A stretch of DNA of 22,502 bases from Ginkgo biloba (GCA_024626585.2 JANKJI020000002.1:52871603-52894104); one strand, 5' to 3'; positions 1-11,697 are shown, counted from the first letter of the stretch. Notes: generated by a model not told the origin, from the sequence alone. Made by a program: numbers and translations.

Positions 1-257
1 TTAGTATACCATTGTCTTGATATTTCATTATTCTCTTATGCATTATCACTAATATTATTATTATGGAGCTATTTATATACGATATTTTATGATCTTATTA
101 ATTTGAATTATGTTATCATCTTATTGGCTATGGATATAAATGTCTTCCTTTATATTAGTTTGGTTACCTAAAAACTTTTGATATAACATAAGTTCACTAT
201 CATACTATTAGTAAAATANNNNNNNNNNNNNNNNNNNNNNNNNNNNNNNNNNNNNNT

Positions 258-1150
258 AAGATTGTACCTAAAAATATTAAAAGCATTGGTGGGATGAGTA
301 GATTGGATATTTCAAGGAAGCTAGTTTGTATAGGAGATGATGGTGCATCAGTAATGAAAGGCCAATGAAGTGGACTTTGAGTGAGACTCTAAACAAAATT
401 CAGACCTTTAATTTTAGGAATATATTTTATGGCTCATAGAATAAATTTGGCATTTAAAATTATAAGTAATTTTTTTATTANNNNNNNNNNNNNNNNNNNN
501 NNNNNNNNNNNNNNNNNNNNNNNNNNNTATATAGAATTTTAGTAGTTTACAAAAGGCTTAACAAATGAAAAAAAGTTATTAAAGGAGGTAGATATATGAT
601 GGATTTTCTTGTATGAACTAATAAAGTGCATTTTTTATGAGTATAAATCATTATTGGATTTCATGTATGAGTAATATGATGCTCTTGATAAAGATCAAAA
701 TGTTTATAATCATTTTGTAGACATTGAGAATTCATAGACACTGTGTGGAATGCTTCNNNNNNNNNNNNNNNNNNNNNNNNNNNNNNNNNAAAAGAACATT
801 GTATATTATTGAGTATACAACATATAGAATATTGATATGCACATTGTTGGATAACTCATATATCATACATGATGGAAATTTTGGTGGAGAAGACTTTATG
901 AAATGGAGATAAGTTAATAATTTGGAAAACCCCCAAAATTTCTTGAAGTTTGATGAAGATTGGGATTTATGTGCACTTGTACATGAAAAATTAATTCAAC
1001 TTTATCATGTTAAAAAAAGTTGAAATGAAATGTAATATGAATCAATTGATAGAAATGACTTTGAGGCAATTGCTAAAGGAGTGAAGTTAAAATCAAAATA
1101 TGTAGCACATGTATTATCTTTATAAATAAGAGATAGGTTCTTATTATCAT
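258..1150 (+). pseudogene. Degenerate hAT-superfamily DNA transposase (ZNF862/DUF4371-like)
   Basis: Hand translation from 258 gives KIVPKNIKSIGGMSRLDISRKLVCIGDDGASVMKGQ*SGL*VRL*TKFRPLILGIYFMAHRINLAF. This matches the hAT catalytic-region motifs DGASVM (339-356) and HCxAHRLNLA (MAHRINLA, 429-452). After the gap, KKLLKEVDI*W (DI*W at 591-602) corresponds to the conserved xTRW motif. The relic ends near RDRF (~1130). Many in-frame stops; two internal N gaps. Confidence 0.8.
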
Positions 1151-1574
1151 TCTTTTTTGCACCTTTAAAATTTCCTTCCAAATTGTGCAAATCATATTGT
1201 TGCTACTTACATTCATATCTTTTCACTATTTCAACCATTATTATAACTCATGAGTGCACTAGTTCATTTCCACTCCATGCTCCTTAGCTTATGCACTTAT
1301 GATATTCATTCATATGGTTACCTTTATTGTCATCCTCATTTCACCACATGATTATCTTTCCATACAATACTTTGACATACCCTTTATGACACTTAACTAG
1401 AGTTTCATTACCTCACNNNNNNNNNNNNNNNNNNNNNNNNNNNNNNNNNNNNNNNNNNNNNNNNNNNNNNNNNNNNNNNNNNNNNNNNNNNNNNNNNNNN
1501 NNNNNNNNNNNNNNNNTATTTAAATAATGTAAAATAGTGTGAATAAGTGTCACAACTAAAATAAGGGACTTACA
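1150..1574 (-). mobile_element. Probable truncated LTR (U3 portion) of a Ty3/gypsy element
   Basis: The minus strand starts TGTAAGTCCCTTATTTTAGTTGTGACAC at 1574, the same TGT(A/T)ATGTCCCC-type start seen at 16890. It is non-coding and contains a 100-N gap. No second terminus found. Confidence 0.35.
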
Positions 1575-1827
1575 TGCAATGCATGTACGTTACTCAAATA
1601 TTCTTGTATATTTACCCCATTAATGAAGTAGAAATGAGTGTGGGAAGTGCACCATTACACTCCACCCCTCCTCTCTCTGATTTTTTTGCATTGTGTGTTG
1701 AGTATGTGTTGGAGGAGTATTTCTTATAGTAGATATGTTGTGCATGTTTATTCTATGTGTGGGTTAATGTTGTGCACTATGATGTTCCTTCATTAAGCAC
1801 CCACTAATTTACACGTANNNNNNNNNN

Positions 1828-2389
1828 TGCCACTCTTTTTTGGAACTAATACTAGAGGAGACACCGATTGATTGTCCAATATTGAATTAATCATCCCAAC
1901 CATCAACAATTTATCTAATTTCCCCTTAACTACTTGCATCATTGTGGCATTGAGTTTCCTTTGTGACTATTGGATAGGTTATGCTTCATAAAGATATAAT
2001 GTTGATAGATTGAGGGACTCAATCCTTTTTGTATGGTTCCATGTGGAAACCCCTTTGTATTTTTGCAAGGGTTGGAAGGTTTATTCTATCTTCCTATCAG
2101 TTAATTTTTTACCAATAAGAACAATCCTATTATTTTCCATGTTGAAAGGCGTAGTGTTTATTGAAAGAATTACCTTAGACTATTGATCAGATTCATTTTC
2201 ATGCAGGAGCTTGTAAACCTCAACATCTTCATCCCTATCCTTTAAAGAGTGTAGCACCTCTATAAACATCACTTGATAAACTTATTCTTCAATGTCAACA
2301 TTCCAATTCTTCTCAAATTCCACTCATTCTGGTTGTTTAACAGACAATGTATCCACTAGTTGAGAAATGAAGAATAATGCAAGTACTTT
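1828..2389 (-). pseudogene. Ty3/gypsy pol fragment (protease-RT linker and RT N-terminus), Athila-like
   Basis: The minus strand reads ...IGKKLTDRKIE*TFQPLQKYKGVSTWNH...A*PIQ*SQRKLNATMMQVVKGKLDKLLMVGMINSILDNQSVSPLVLVPKKSG. This matches gypsy RT PIRQxQRRLNPxMxxVVKxELxKLLxAGxIYPIxDSxWVSPLVxVPKKxG. It ends at the N gap near 1827. Confidence 0.8.
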
Positions 2390-3117
2390 TGTTATGTACC
2401 ATAATCAATGGTCATCTTTACCATATGACATGCAATCAAAAGATCAACAGTAGCAAGCCATGGTCATCTTTCCCATATGATACGCTTCTAGATTCTTCTT
2501 TAGTTGTAACACCGCAAAAACTATTGGATACCTAAGGAGTATCTCATAAGATGAAAGAACCTACTTTAAAAAATTGTTGCATGGAAACCATAAGAATTCA
2601 TCACATATCATCAGAACCTTCCAATGGTTTGAGGACAAAGTACTTTAAGAGGAGAGGACATATTGTGGACCTAGATCACATAGGCCTATGGGACACTAAA
2701 ACTCCAAATATTCCTTATATACATGCTAAGTGAATCAATGTTTCTTTGGAAAGGATCTCCGAGCAACTAAAAGCCAAGGCACCTTAATTAGCTCCAAGGG
2801 CCAACATGATAATTTTTTTGTCTCTCTTAAGATGTAAACTTACCACAAAAACCAAATCATTAGAGTTTGAGCTATAAATAAAGCATAAGAAGGTAATTTT
2901 AATTAATTGTCTTTTAAAGGATATATCTTCAAGGAAGAAGGGTGCTAGGTGGATCAAGGCTCCCTACTCTTTTACAACTATTATTCTCTCACTTGTGCAA
3001 GTGACTTAATTGTTTGTAAATGTTTTGTGGTCTATATTGTTGCATTATTAGTTTGTTTTGTTTTGTTTGCATTTTATCCTTATGCTCATTCATAATAGAC
3101 CTACAAGGGTCATTACA
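2390..3117 (+). mobile_element. Probable solo LTR (~728 bp)
   Basis: Starts TGTTATGTACC (2390) and ends GGGTCATTACA (3117; reverse complement TGTAATGACCC), giving TG...CA ends with an imperfect terminal inverted repeat. TATA-like CTATAAATA at ~2874 and a T-rich U5-like tract at ~3010-3080. The TSD is not clean (ACTTT vs TTCTT). Confidence 0.55.
2408..2485 (+). repeat. Two-copy 26-bp direct repeat (52-bp spacing) inside the LTR
   Basis: ATGGTCATCTTTACCATATGACATGC (2408-2433) and ATGGTCATCTTTCCCATATGATACGC (2460-2485). Confidence 0.8.
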
Positions 3118-3503
3118 TTCTTCTTCCATCATCACTTTATTTAATTATCCAAGTTTCTTCCTTCTCCTTTGTAGGGATATTCCTTCATAAACAATATTTT
3201 AACTGGTTCCACATGTATCTTAAACTTTTCATATAATACATAGGCTAAGTATTTCTTAAGTAGATGAGGTAGGTTCCTTGATTAAGCATACCTATCTAAA
3301 GAGATGATCATGAAACAATTAATTTAGATAAATACTTTTATTTGTGTAAGGATAAGTTTATTCTTAAGATTTTCTCTTTCTCCCATTAGGCACCATACCT
3401 TCTCTTCAAGGATTGGCATACTTTTTACTTGTCGTTGAAATATTAAGAAAACCATCCTACAAACATGCACCTTTGAATGTGAAACTTTGCTACTTGATAT
3501 TTA

Positions 3504-4040
3504 TATTGAATCTAGACCTTCAAAAATACATATGCAATAATAATCTAGATTCTAGAACAAGATTCATAATCTAAGTAGAAAATGACACGAATCTAACAAG
3601 GGAAAAAAGAGAAGACAAGATTGACTTCAAAATAAGATCATTTCATTATGAGAAGAAATGAATAATTATAATACAATATACATAGCCCAAATCATCCTTA
3701 TAAGGACCCCAAAGGTTCTTATAATAGAATGGAGAGCCATGCACACAAGGCTCATGCACCACTCATATAAGAATATAAGCTTTCTTATGCAATTTAAGTC
3801 TATAATAGTCTACTAAGGGACTTATCCATTCAAGGATCCCATGCACACTAATAAGACCGTGACACCTAATAGGATAAATCAATGGTGGATTAAAAACCTA
3901 TTAAATAAAAAATCTTATTAAAGAATTAATAAAAAGGGAATAATCCTCATAAGGGATTCCCTTAGGTCATAACCCCTTAAGGTTAGATCTCTATAAGACC
4001 AAGTGCTAGGTCTTTATGTGTCTTATGACATATTATATAC
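3504..4040 (-). mobile_element. Possible LTR remnant
   Basis: Non-coding segment with LTR-like layout (TATA-like TATTATAAG on the minus strand near 3720). It is bordered by a weak PBS-Met-like relic (GCTACTTGATATT at 3489, vs GCTCTGATACCA) and a weak PPT-like relic (minus GTAACTTGGAGGTG, ~4041-4054). Termini are decayed. Confidence 0.3.
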
Positions 4041-4686
4041 ACCTCCAAGTTACCTTTACAAATCTATGCATCTCTACCTTCACACTTTCTTAAAGGTAAC
4101 TTTTGAGGTAGGACCCACCACCAAGTTATCTTCATAAGTTTCCCTTATGACGATTTGAGAATATATTTTAAAGGTGAGACCCATTATTATTGATCTTTCT
4201 TGCTTTCATTTCATAAAGTCAACTCACCTTCATATTTTATTGAAGATAACTTTTACTTTATAAAGTAAATTTTATTTTGAAAATGAAGGGATTTGAACTA
4301 GTGACCACCTATAATTTTAAACTTGTAGAGAATTTAAAGGCTTTGAATTATATTTAAATTTAATTAAACAACCAAATCAACAAATACAATTAAGAAATAT
4401 TATGTGAATGGATTCATCAATGGTTAGCAAAGTGGTTACCATCGATAAAAAGAGAAACCAAATTAAAGGAGATTTTTTTCATTCTTCTTCATGTTCAAAT
4501 TTCTTATAGTTTGAAGATCATTTTTTTATTCTATATTTTGTAATTTGAATCTTGTATGAGGTATCAATTTTATGTACTCTAATATTCAATCCTGATTGAA
4601 TGATATTAAGGTCTATAAATTGGTGGACATTGATTCCCCTTAATGATTGATATAAACCTCTTTAGAAAACTCTATTTTATTTCTTC

Positions 4687-5045
4687 AAGGTGCAATGAAG
4701 ATAAGGCTATGAGAAAAAATCTTCTTATAAGTTCTATGAATGTAGGGTTTAATGAAAAAATGGTTTCTTCAAAGTAGCAAGAATATGAGCAATTTATGGG
4801 AATATTATATGTGGGCAATATGAAGGTAGGCTTTATAAGCATAAAGCTACTTATAAGTCGTATGAAGGTACAAGTTTTAAGAAGAAATTTACTTAAATGT
4901 ACAATGAAAATAAGATTTATAATATAAATATGTATACACGTGCATTGAAGTTAGGATTTATAAGTAAAAATATACCTATAAGTGATGTAAAGGTAAGATT
5001 TGTAACAAAAAAAAATCTACTTATACATGCTATGAAGGTAGGAAT
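4687..5045 (+). repeat. Degenerate ~42-bp tandem repeat, ~8.5-9 units
   Basis: The core ATGAAGGTA-like word recurs at 4695, 4736, (one unrecognisable unit), 4820, 4862, 4904, 4945, 4987 and 5032 (spacings 41, 84, 42, 42, 41, 42, 45). Rough consensus AAGTGCTATGAAGGTAGGATTTATAAGNAAAAATCTACTTAT. Confidence 0.75.
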
Positions 5046-5249
5046 AAATAAAAGATAATACAATTTAAAAGAGTGACTTTTCTACAAACATTTTGGATCT
5101 TCTCATTCATATTCTTCTTCTTCTTATTTTTTATTTTTTCCTATATGGGGAACATACATATAAAACCAACAAAATTCCAATAAAATATGACCAAGTTCAT
5201 AAGGATTTTTCCTATAAAAGATGTAAATAATCTTGTAAAAATAGTTACT

Positions 5250-6480
5250 AAATGAAGTATTGTTGGATAATTAGTCTTTGGTATCTATTTAGATGTTATC
5301 CATTCGTGGAAAATTCATATTGAGTTCCATTAATAATTATTAGCTTGACTTCTCGATTAGAGAACACTTCCTTAAATTCATAGGATCCCATCTAATGAAC
5401 TTAAAACTTCTTGGGAAAATTACTATATTTGGAATTATACAACAAATAACAATCCCTTGGTTGGAATTCTTTCTTCCTCAAATATTTATCATGACATCAT
5501 TTCTATTTTTATTTAATAAATTGATTTAAATTTGGTTCTTATATCAAAATTCTTCTAATGTATGAAGCTACATAGTTCTATCTTACTATGTCTTAGTAAG
5601 ATTGATCCCTATTTGGCTAGAAATTTTACAGTTTTAGGATTAAATTTAATATGCACGATTGTGCGCTTATCATAAACCCATTCAAAGGGGATAAAACCAA
5701 TGTTTCTCTTTCAAGTAACTCTATAAGTCCATACTACCTCAGGTAGTCATTCTCTTAATATATTTGATGGATTTGAATTATCTTTATAATGATTGCTTCT
5801 AGCTATTGGTTTATGACTTTAGCCTAATCGTCAACTTAGAATAATAAGATTTTGGCTTTTAATGTTGAATCTAATATTCCTTTAGTAATTCCGTAATCAC
5901 CTTATTGACAAAAGGAGTTTCCTTATCACTCACTAGTTCTTGAGGCATACCAAATATAGTAAAAATTTCCTTATATAATAAAAGACCACATTCTTCATAT
6001 CGGTCTCTCTTATGGATCATAATTCTACCCATTTTATTACATAATTAGTATATGCTAACATATGCATATGATTATTATAGAATCATATGGTGATTGGTCC
6101 ATCAAAATCAAATTCCTTTTTTTTAAATGGTTCTACGACAATAGATGGATGCATAGGTACCTTGATTTCATAAGCCTACATATTTTTTGGCTTAATTCAC
6201 AAGTATACACATACTCTTTATATTATTTAAATAAAATAGGCCACTAATATCCAAGCTTTAGAATTTTTTCTGTCATGTGTTATATTACAAAATGATCACC
6301 ATAAGGTTCTTTGTTGACTGTCTTTAAGACAACATCAATCTCATCTTCGTAGAGGCACCTTTGAAGAATATTATAAAATACTTCTTTATAAAGTCAACCT
6401 TCAATCTAAGTGTAGGAATCACTCTTATATACCAAATGATTATATTCATTCCTTGTCAAATACAGAGGAATGAACCTTAC
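5250..6480 (-). pseudogene. Integrase relic (HHCC, DDE core, GPY/F region; no chromodomain seen)
   Basis: DEIDVVLKTVNKEPYGDHF...KILKLGY*WPILFK...TCELSQK (decayed HHCC); EPFKKKEFDFDGPI; EIFTIFGMPQELVSDKETPF; LPEVVWTYRVT*KRNIGFIPFEWVY; HDKYLRKKEFQPRD...FPKKF*VH*MGSYEFKEVFSN...NG*HLNRYQ. Confidence 0.88.
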
Positions 6481-6599
6481 TTCCATAAAATGTTTATACA
6501 CCAAGGAGTGGTCGCACTAATTGAAAAATAAATATTTATCTAGGAATACACACTCTATTGATTGATAAACTAGTAAATCAAGAATTTAAAAGATATAAT

Positions 6600-6950
6600 C
6601 TACAACAACATAGGTTTTCTTACTTTATTAACTATTTATAGATTGAGATGTAGTAACAAAATCCATTATATACGATTTTGTGTTGGTTTTATTAATGAAA
6701 ATTTTTATTATTATATGATCTATATGATTTGTGGCTAATAATTTAAAAATGTAATGTCTAAATTTTCTAATAGAGAAAATAATAGCCAAAAAATCCTTCT
6801 TTGTAATAGTATAATTATGCTCGATGGATGAAAATGCTCTACTAATATAATAGGTGGCATATTCAATCAATCTAATCTCTATCTAAGAATAACACCAATA
6901 ATAAAATTAGATATATCAATATGAATATGAAATGGATAATCTCAATTAGA
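6600..6950 (-). pseudogene. RNase H relic
   Basis: The ORF-track peptide YATYYISRAFSSIEHNYTITKKDFLAIIFSIRKFRHYI matches gypsy RNase H YAIYYISKxLxxAExNYTVTEKEFLAVVxAINKFRHYI. Confidence 0.88.
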
Positions 6951-6959
6951 CCCCTAAAG

Positions 6960-7930
6960 GAATAGTATAAATATATATTATTCAGTAGGATTTGAAAGGC
7001 ATGCTCACATTCGAGTGTCTAATAAAGCTATATTACCTTAATCAATAGTTCATGTAAATGAGTGACAATATTCCTAAAATTTTGATGAATTTATCATTAA
7101 AACCTACATGGCCTAGGAAACTCTTGACATCCTTGACCTTATTTAACTATGGGAATTTTTTTATGATAACAATATTAGTTAGATTCACTACAATCCCATC
7201 CTTAGAAAGAAAATTTCTAGAATAATGCCTTGTCTAATCAACATCTTATATTTTTTATTACTTAAGATGAATTTAATTTATTTATAAATTTACATTATGA
7301 ATCCAACATGATTTAATGTTTATTCATATGTATCACCATACACAAAAAATTCATCCACATACACATTAATGAAATCGTTAAAAAAAATTGTAGAAAATTC
7401 TAACAATATCTTATTGAAATATGCTTGTATTATTACAAAAACCAAAGGGAAAAAATTGATATATGAATACATATAAAGGATAAGTGAATGTGTTTTCGTA
7501 CTAATATTCTAGCATGATATTAATTTGATTATAACTAGAAAATCGATCAAGAAAGGGAAAATACTTCTTAGCAGTAAACTTTCCTAACACTAGTTAATGC
7601 ATGGTAATAGAAAAATTATCCTTAAGAGCATCCTTATTCAAAGGTAAATGATTTAAATAGATACATCACTTTCCTCCTTTCTTGATCACAACAACTAGAA
7701 AAAAAATACACTAATTATTTGAGATAGGCTAAATCATTCTAACTATGAGACGTTTCTCTAATTCAACTTTGACAACTTGTATCATTATTGGATTTAAATT
7801 CCTTTGACGTTATCACTATAGATGGAAATATTATTTTGTAAAAGTATAGCATTGATAGGGCATTTTAGTAATACATTTTAAGTCCATATGGATCCAAGTG
7901 AAATCACCTTTATATTTCCACAAAAACTAT
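6960..7930 (-). pseudogene. Reverse transcriptase relic
   Basis: RQRNLNPIMIQVVKVELEKRL...PISNN*...KKGGK*; FPFGFCNNTSIFQ (vs LPFGLCNAPATFQ); NVYVDEFFVYGD with the YxDD box decayed to YVDE (7350-7361); KDVKSFLGHVGF. Confidence 0.88.
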
Positions 7931-8359
7931 TTTTTTTTTCTTATTATGATTTTATCACTCTTTTCTAATCAACAAAATATCACATTATCCATATCAAAAG
8001 GGATAACATCACCATGGGAATGAGGATTTTCCATATAGTCTTTATTATTTAGAGTAAAAAATAAAATATTTAAATCTAATTGAGAAGAAAAACCATCCTC
8101 TTGTAAAAATCTATAAATTTTAGCATCTTTTTCACCCTACTTGAATGTGTCATACATATCCATGTCCATGGTTTGGTATATACAATATTCCACGCTTTTT
8201 AATATATAATCCTTATCTTACTTAGTCAAATTATGTATAATAAATTGATAACCATAAATATACTCATCTAGGTTTCAAATTGATTCTACCATTTTTTTTT
8301 ATTCATTTAGAGAAATGTCAATTTCATAGATTAGAATAAAGTCAAATATTTCTAGTTAG

Positions 8360-8780
8360 TTCCATATGCAATCACCTTTTTCCCTATTCTATAATGGATA
8401 GTTACATCTAGAGTGGCCATCTAAGGTCTAATAAATATTATGGGATATCCTTTGAGATACCTCTTAGTTTATAAAACTAAAAAATAAGTTGAATAATATT
8501 AATTTATTATAGATATCATGACATTTTCAATCATCCTTTTTTACTATATTATAGACTCATCTATCATATATAATACTATTCTATAATCTCTAAATTCTAA
8601 GTATTTTCATAGTCTTACTATCATCATGTTGATAGAAGTGAACAAATCAATGATAAACTTAGGAATTTTGGGATTATGAATTGATATATCAACTAATTAA
8701 GTGTTAGAGTCTCCATGCTTTTTAATAGGTTTCTCCCCTATAAGGATATTAAGTGTGGATATAACATCCTTAATCCTAGC
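8360..8780 (-). pseudogene. Aspartic protease relic
   Basis: IPKFIIDLFTSINMM (~8625-8665; Athila-type LIDLGAAINVM) and KGYPIIFIRP*MATLD (vs GxPLILGRPWLATAD). Confidence 0.7.
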
Positions 8781-9949
8781 CAGTATTTTCCTTTTCCTCC
8801 CATCTCTACAATATAACTATAAAAAATCTCATGTATATATTGGCATCTTATTGGGCATAGAGGCTACCTTATATATTGTGTCTTTTACATAATGGTTTGC
8901 ATAGGATCCCATAGCTCTAAAGTTGAGCCTCTACTAGAATATCCTTGGGGCATTCCCCCCTCACTATCTATGTTATATGAAAATATGTGTCTCTTGTAAT
9001 CCTAANNNNNNNNNNNNNNNNNNNNNNNNNNNNNNNNNNNNNNNNNNNNNNNNNNNNNNNNNNNNNNNNNNNNNNNNNNNNNNNNNNNNNNNNNNNNNNN
9101 NNNNNATATTTTACAAATTAGATGAGAGGAATCCAAATAAAAATATTTTGTAATTCATTAGCAAAATTAAAATGATAATCATTCTTTATTTCTTTTTGTT
9201 TCTTTAATATCTAAATAAATATTATAATGGATATAGGTTGTGAATTAAAAGTGGAAGAAGGTTCTTACTTTAAATGTATCTTTATGTTCTTCAATAGTTA
9301 AGGTACTCTTTTTAGTTAATTGCTTAATGGGCAGTCCTTCCAAAAGATTCCTTGAGTGTAATGTCATCCATACACATGGTTTCATATGAATGATAACAAC
9401 TTGAGGCATAACAAATTGGGTTGGAAATGTTGTTTAATTGAAATTAAATTTAACATTAACAACTTATAATATATTATTATTTTGTGACTCCTATAAGGTT
9501 GAGGATAACTTGGGCAATTAATGGCAATGGCATAGATTAATAATCATCTATTTGAGTAAGTATGACTAGTTGTAACCCATGAGGAGGTAAATATTATATA
9601 GGGAAAATAGATTATGAAGGGTATCAATACTCGCTATTAGGGTATACAAATAGATTCCATTTAAACTAATAGTTATGGAGGGAAATGATAATTTGTATCC
9701 TAAGCTATATTGGAAAGTGGTATTGTGGTTGCATTGGATAGAGGAGTTTATAAAAATGGGAATGATCAAAATCATTACAAAGAGTATAATGTGAAAACTA
9801 TCATAACCATAAGAACTTTAATGATACATACTAGGAGGATATATAGGCCTAAGTATAGACTGATATAGAATGAATTATTGTGCATATTAAACTAATTATC
9901 CATACCTCTAGTCCCATCTTCCTCTTTGTTTCTATATTTAACTATAGAA

Positions 9950-10900
9950 AAATTTTAGAAATACATCCTCTTCTTCTTTAGTAGTAACCTTCAATTATTT
10001 TAATGTTATAAAATATTTCTATATATGGTATTCCTCATAAATTCCATATTAGACTCATATTAGATCAACTAGGCAATCATTCTTTGAATAATTCTACCAA
10101 ATTTTGAATAGAAAATCATTAATGTTGTTAAAGTGGCAATGTTTGGTTTCCTTCTCTTAAGCTCTAGATTTATCAATTGTAGTGCAATTGAGGATAGAAT
10201 GTCTGCATTGATATCAACTAATATGTTTCTTAATTTTTCTTTATAAATAATTCCAAATACTATTCCCTTTCAATTTGATCTTTTTCAATGTAGATAAAAC
10301 TATCTCTCTTGTAGTATTTAATCAAGTCACATCCTTACACTTGGTTGTATCCCAAATAATAAGAGAATATTCAAAGTGGATTCCTCCCCATGTATAAAAT
10401 TTGGACACTACCTTATAAATTAAACCATTTTCACAATTGAATCTTCCAATTATTCCTCCTCTTCTCATTTTAATTATAGAATTTATTCCTTAAAATCAAC
10501 ATCTTGATGGTAACCTTCATTATAAAGGTTCTATTCATTTGCTCCCAAGTATTGGTTAAACCTCTCTCTAAACTCATGAACTAGTATAATGATGCTCCAT
10601 TTAGAGTGGACGCAAATATATTTTTTGCATCTATGACCTAGTCATATCTCATGTAAAGGACATATAATTCTAATATTAAAATTATTTGGATCTTCTTGGT
10701 TTCTTTCCCAAAATTATAAAACATTTGTTAGGAGAATATTCTTTATGGAAGTGACCTTAGCATATAATGTCAATGGGAAATATTATAAATTCTAGTGCAT
10801 TATTGATTATTTTTTCATTATTGTCCATTATAATGGCTATCTATTCTCTTCTCTATTATTTTTTCCTTCTATAACATAAGGCAATTGCTCAATATTTTCT
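9950..10900 (-). pseudogene. Retrotransposon gag relic
   Basis: QEDPNNF...FASTLNGASLY*FMSLERGLTNTWEQMNRTFIMK, matching retrotransposon gag EDPDxF...FPATLKGAALxWFMxL...TWxxMxxxFLxKY. A decayed zinc-knuckle-like YGIYEEYH lies near 10030-10055. Confidence 0.7.
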
Positions 10901-11289
10901 TCCTTGTTGTTTAATTATAGTATTAGAGAGTGGAATTAATTAATTTCTTGATAGGAATATGCATTGTCATAAATATTATAAGGGATTATTGAAGTGTATA
11001 TTTTATGCCTATATATTTATTGTTAAAATGTATAAGAATTTATATAAAATTCAAAAGATAAGGCACACATCATGGAGGAGTTCTAATCCCTATTTTGATG
11101 TCCCAATGCGTTGGGTGTTTTTTCTCTCACATAGGTGCAAAAAATTCTCTAGGATACTACTTGTTATTATTGGAATAGTCTAATGTTAATAAAAGTTTAA
11201 TTATTATATCCAACTCATTCAATTTATCTAATTTATCTAGTTAAGATGTTCTAAGATTTGAGAATGGAAAATTAGTGTCAACCTAAATA

Positions 11290-11308
11290 TCCCTAACATC
11301 GATACAAA
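11290..11308 (-). promoter_or_regulatory. Decayed primer-binding site, tRNA-Asp type (Athila-like)
   Basis: The plus strand TCCCTAACATCGATACAAAAA aligns without gaps to TCCCCGGCAACGGCGCCAAAA (reverse complement of the TGGCGCCGTTGCCGGGGA PBS). Most differences are C>T or G>A. It sits directly beside the ...ATCA LTR end. Confidence 0.6.
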
Positions 11309-11311
11309 AAA

Positions 11312-11697
11312 TGATAAAATTTCCTTTACATTTAGAGGCTCTTATTAAATTATCAACTTGGGTTTGTAAGTTTAAATAGGAAAGGAAGGACATAATTTCA
11401 TCTATCACCAATGTTAACTCTTGTAAGAGTTAAAACTAATTGTTAAATTCAAATGGAGTAAATGTTGAAATGAAATGAAGGCTCGTAATTAAAATAAAAA
11501 ATGAAATTTAATTGCCAAGAAAGAAATCATATTTATTATACACTATAATAGAAACAAAATATCTTATTCTATATATGAGTTTGAATAGTATCTTGTGTTG
11601 TTTCTAACGCTCTTAAAATTTAGCCAAGGCACTTTGATTATCACTATTTTAAGGGGAAACTTATTTCTTTTATTTTGTCATTTTAAATATTTATTCA
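11312..11697 (-). mobile_element. Putative 5' LTR of the Athila-like element
   Basis: Adjoins the PBS. Plus-strand ends TGATAAAAT (11312) and ATTTATTCA (11697) form an imperfect TG...CA inverted pair. The distal boundary is uncertain. Confidence 0.45.

Larger units (their letters stand above)
5100..11697 (-). mobile_element. Dead Ty3/gypsy LTR retrotransposon, non-chromovirus Athila-like lineage; 3' LTR not found
   Basis: Collinear minus-strand order LTR - PBS - gag - protease - RT - RNase H - integrase (gypsy order). Each domain was recognised by motif (see sub-features). Riddled with stops and frameshifts; 100-N gap at 9006-9105. Confidence 0.88.

Noticed and set aside
3504-4040. 3' LTR of the Athila-like element
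   Set aside because: No visible sequence similarity to the candidate 5' LTR at 11312-11697.
4285-4310. tRNA or tRNA-derived SINE (minus strand GGTCACTAGTTCAAATCC, B-box-like)
   Set aside because: No properly spaced A box, cloverleaf, tail or TSD could be identified.
4687-5045. CRISPR array
   Set aside because: Units are similar along their whole length and diverged, with no identical repeats or unique spacers. There are no cas genes, and the context is eukaryotic TE DNA.
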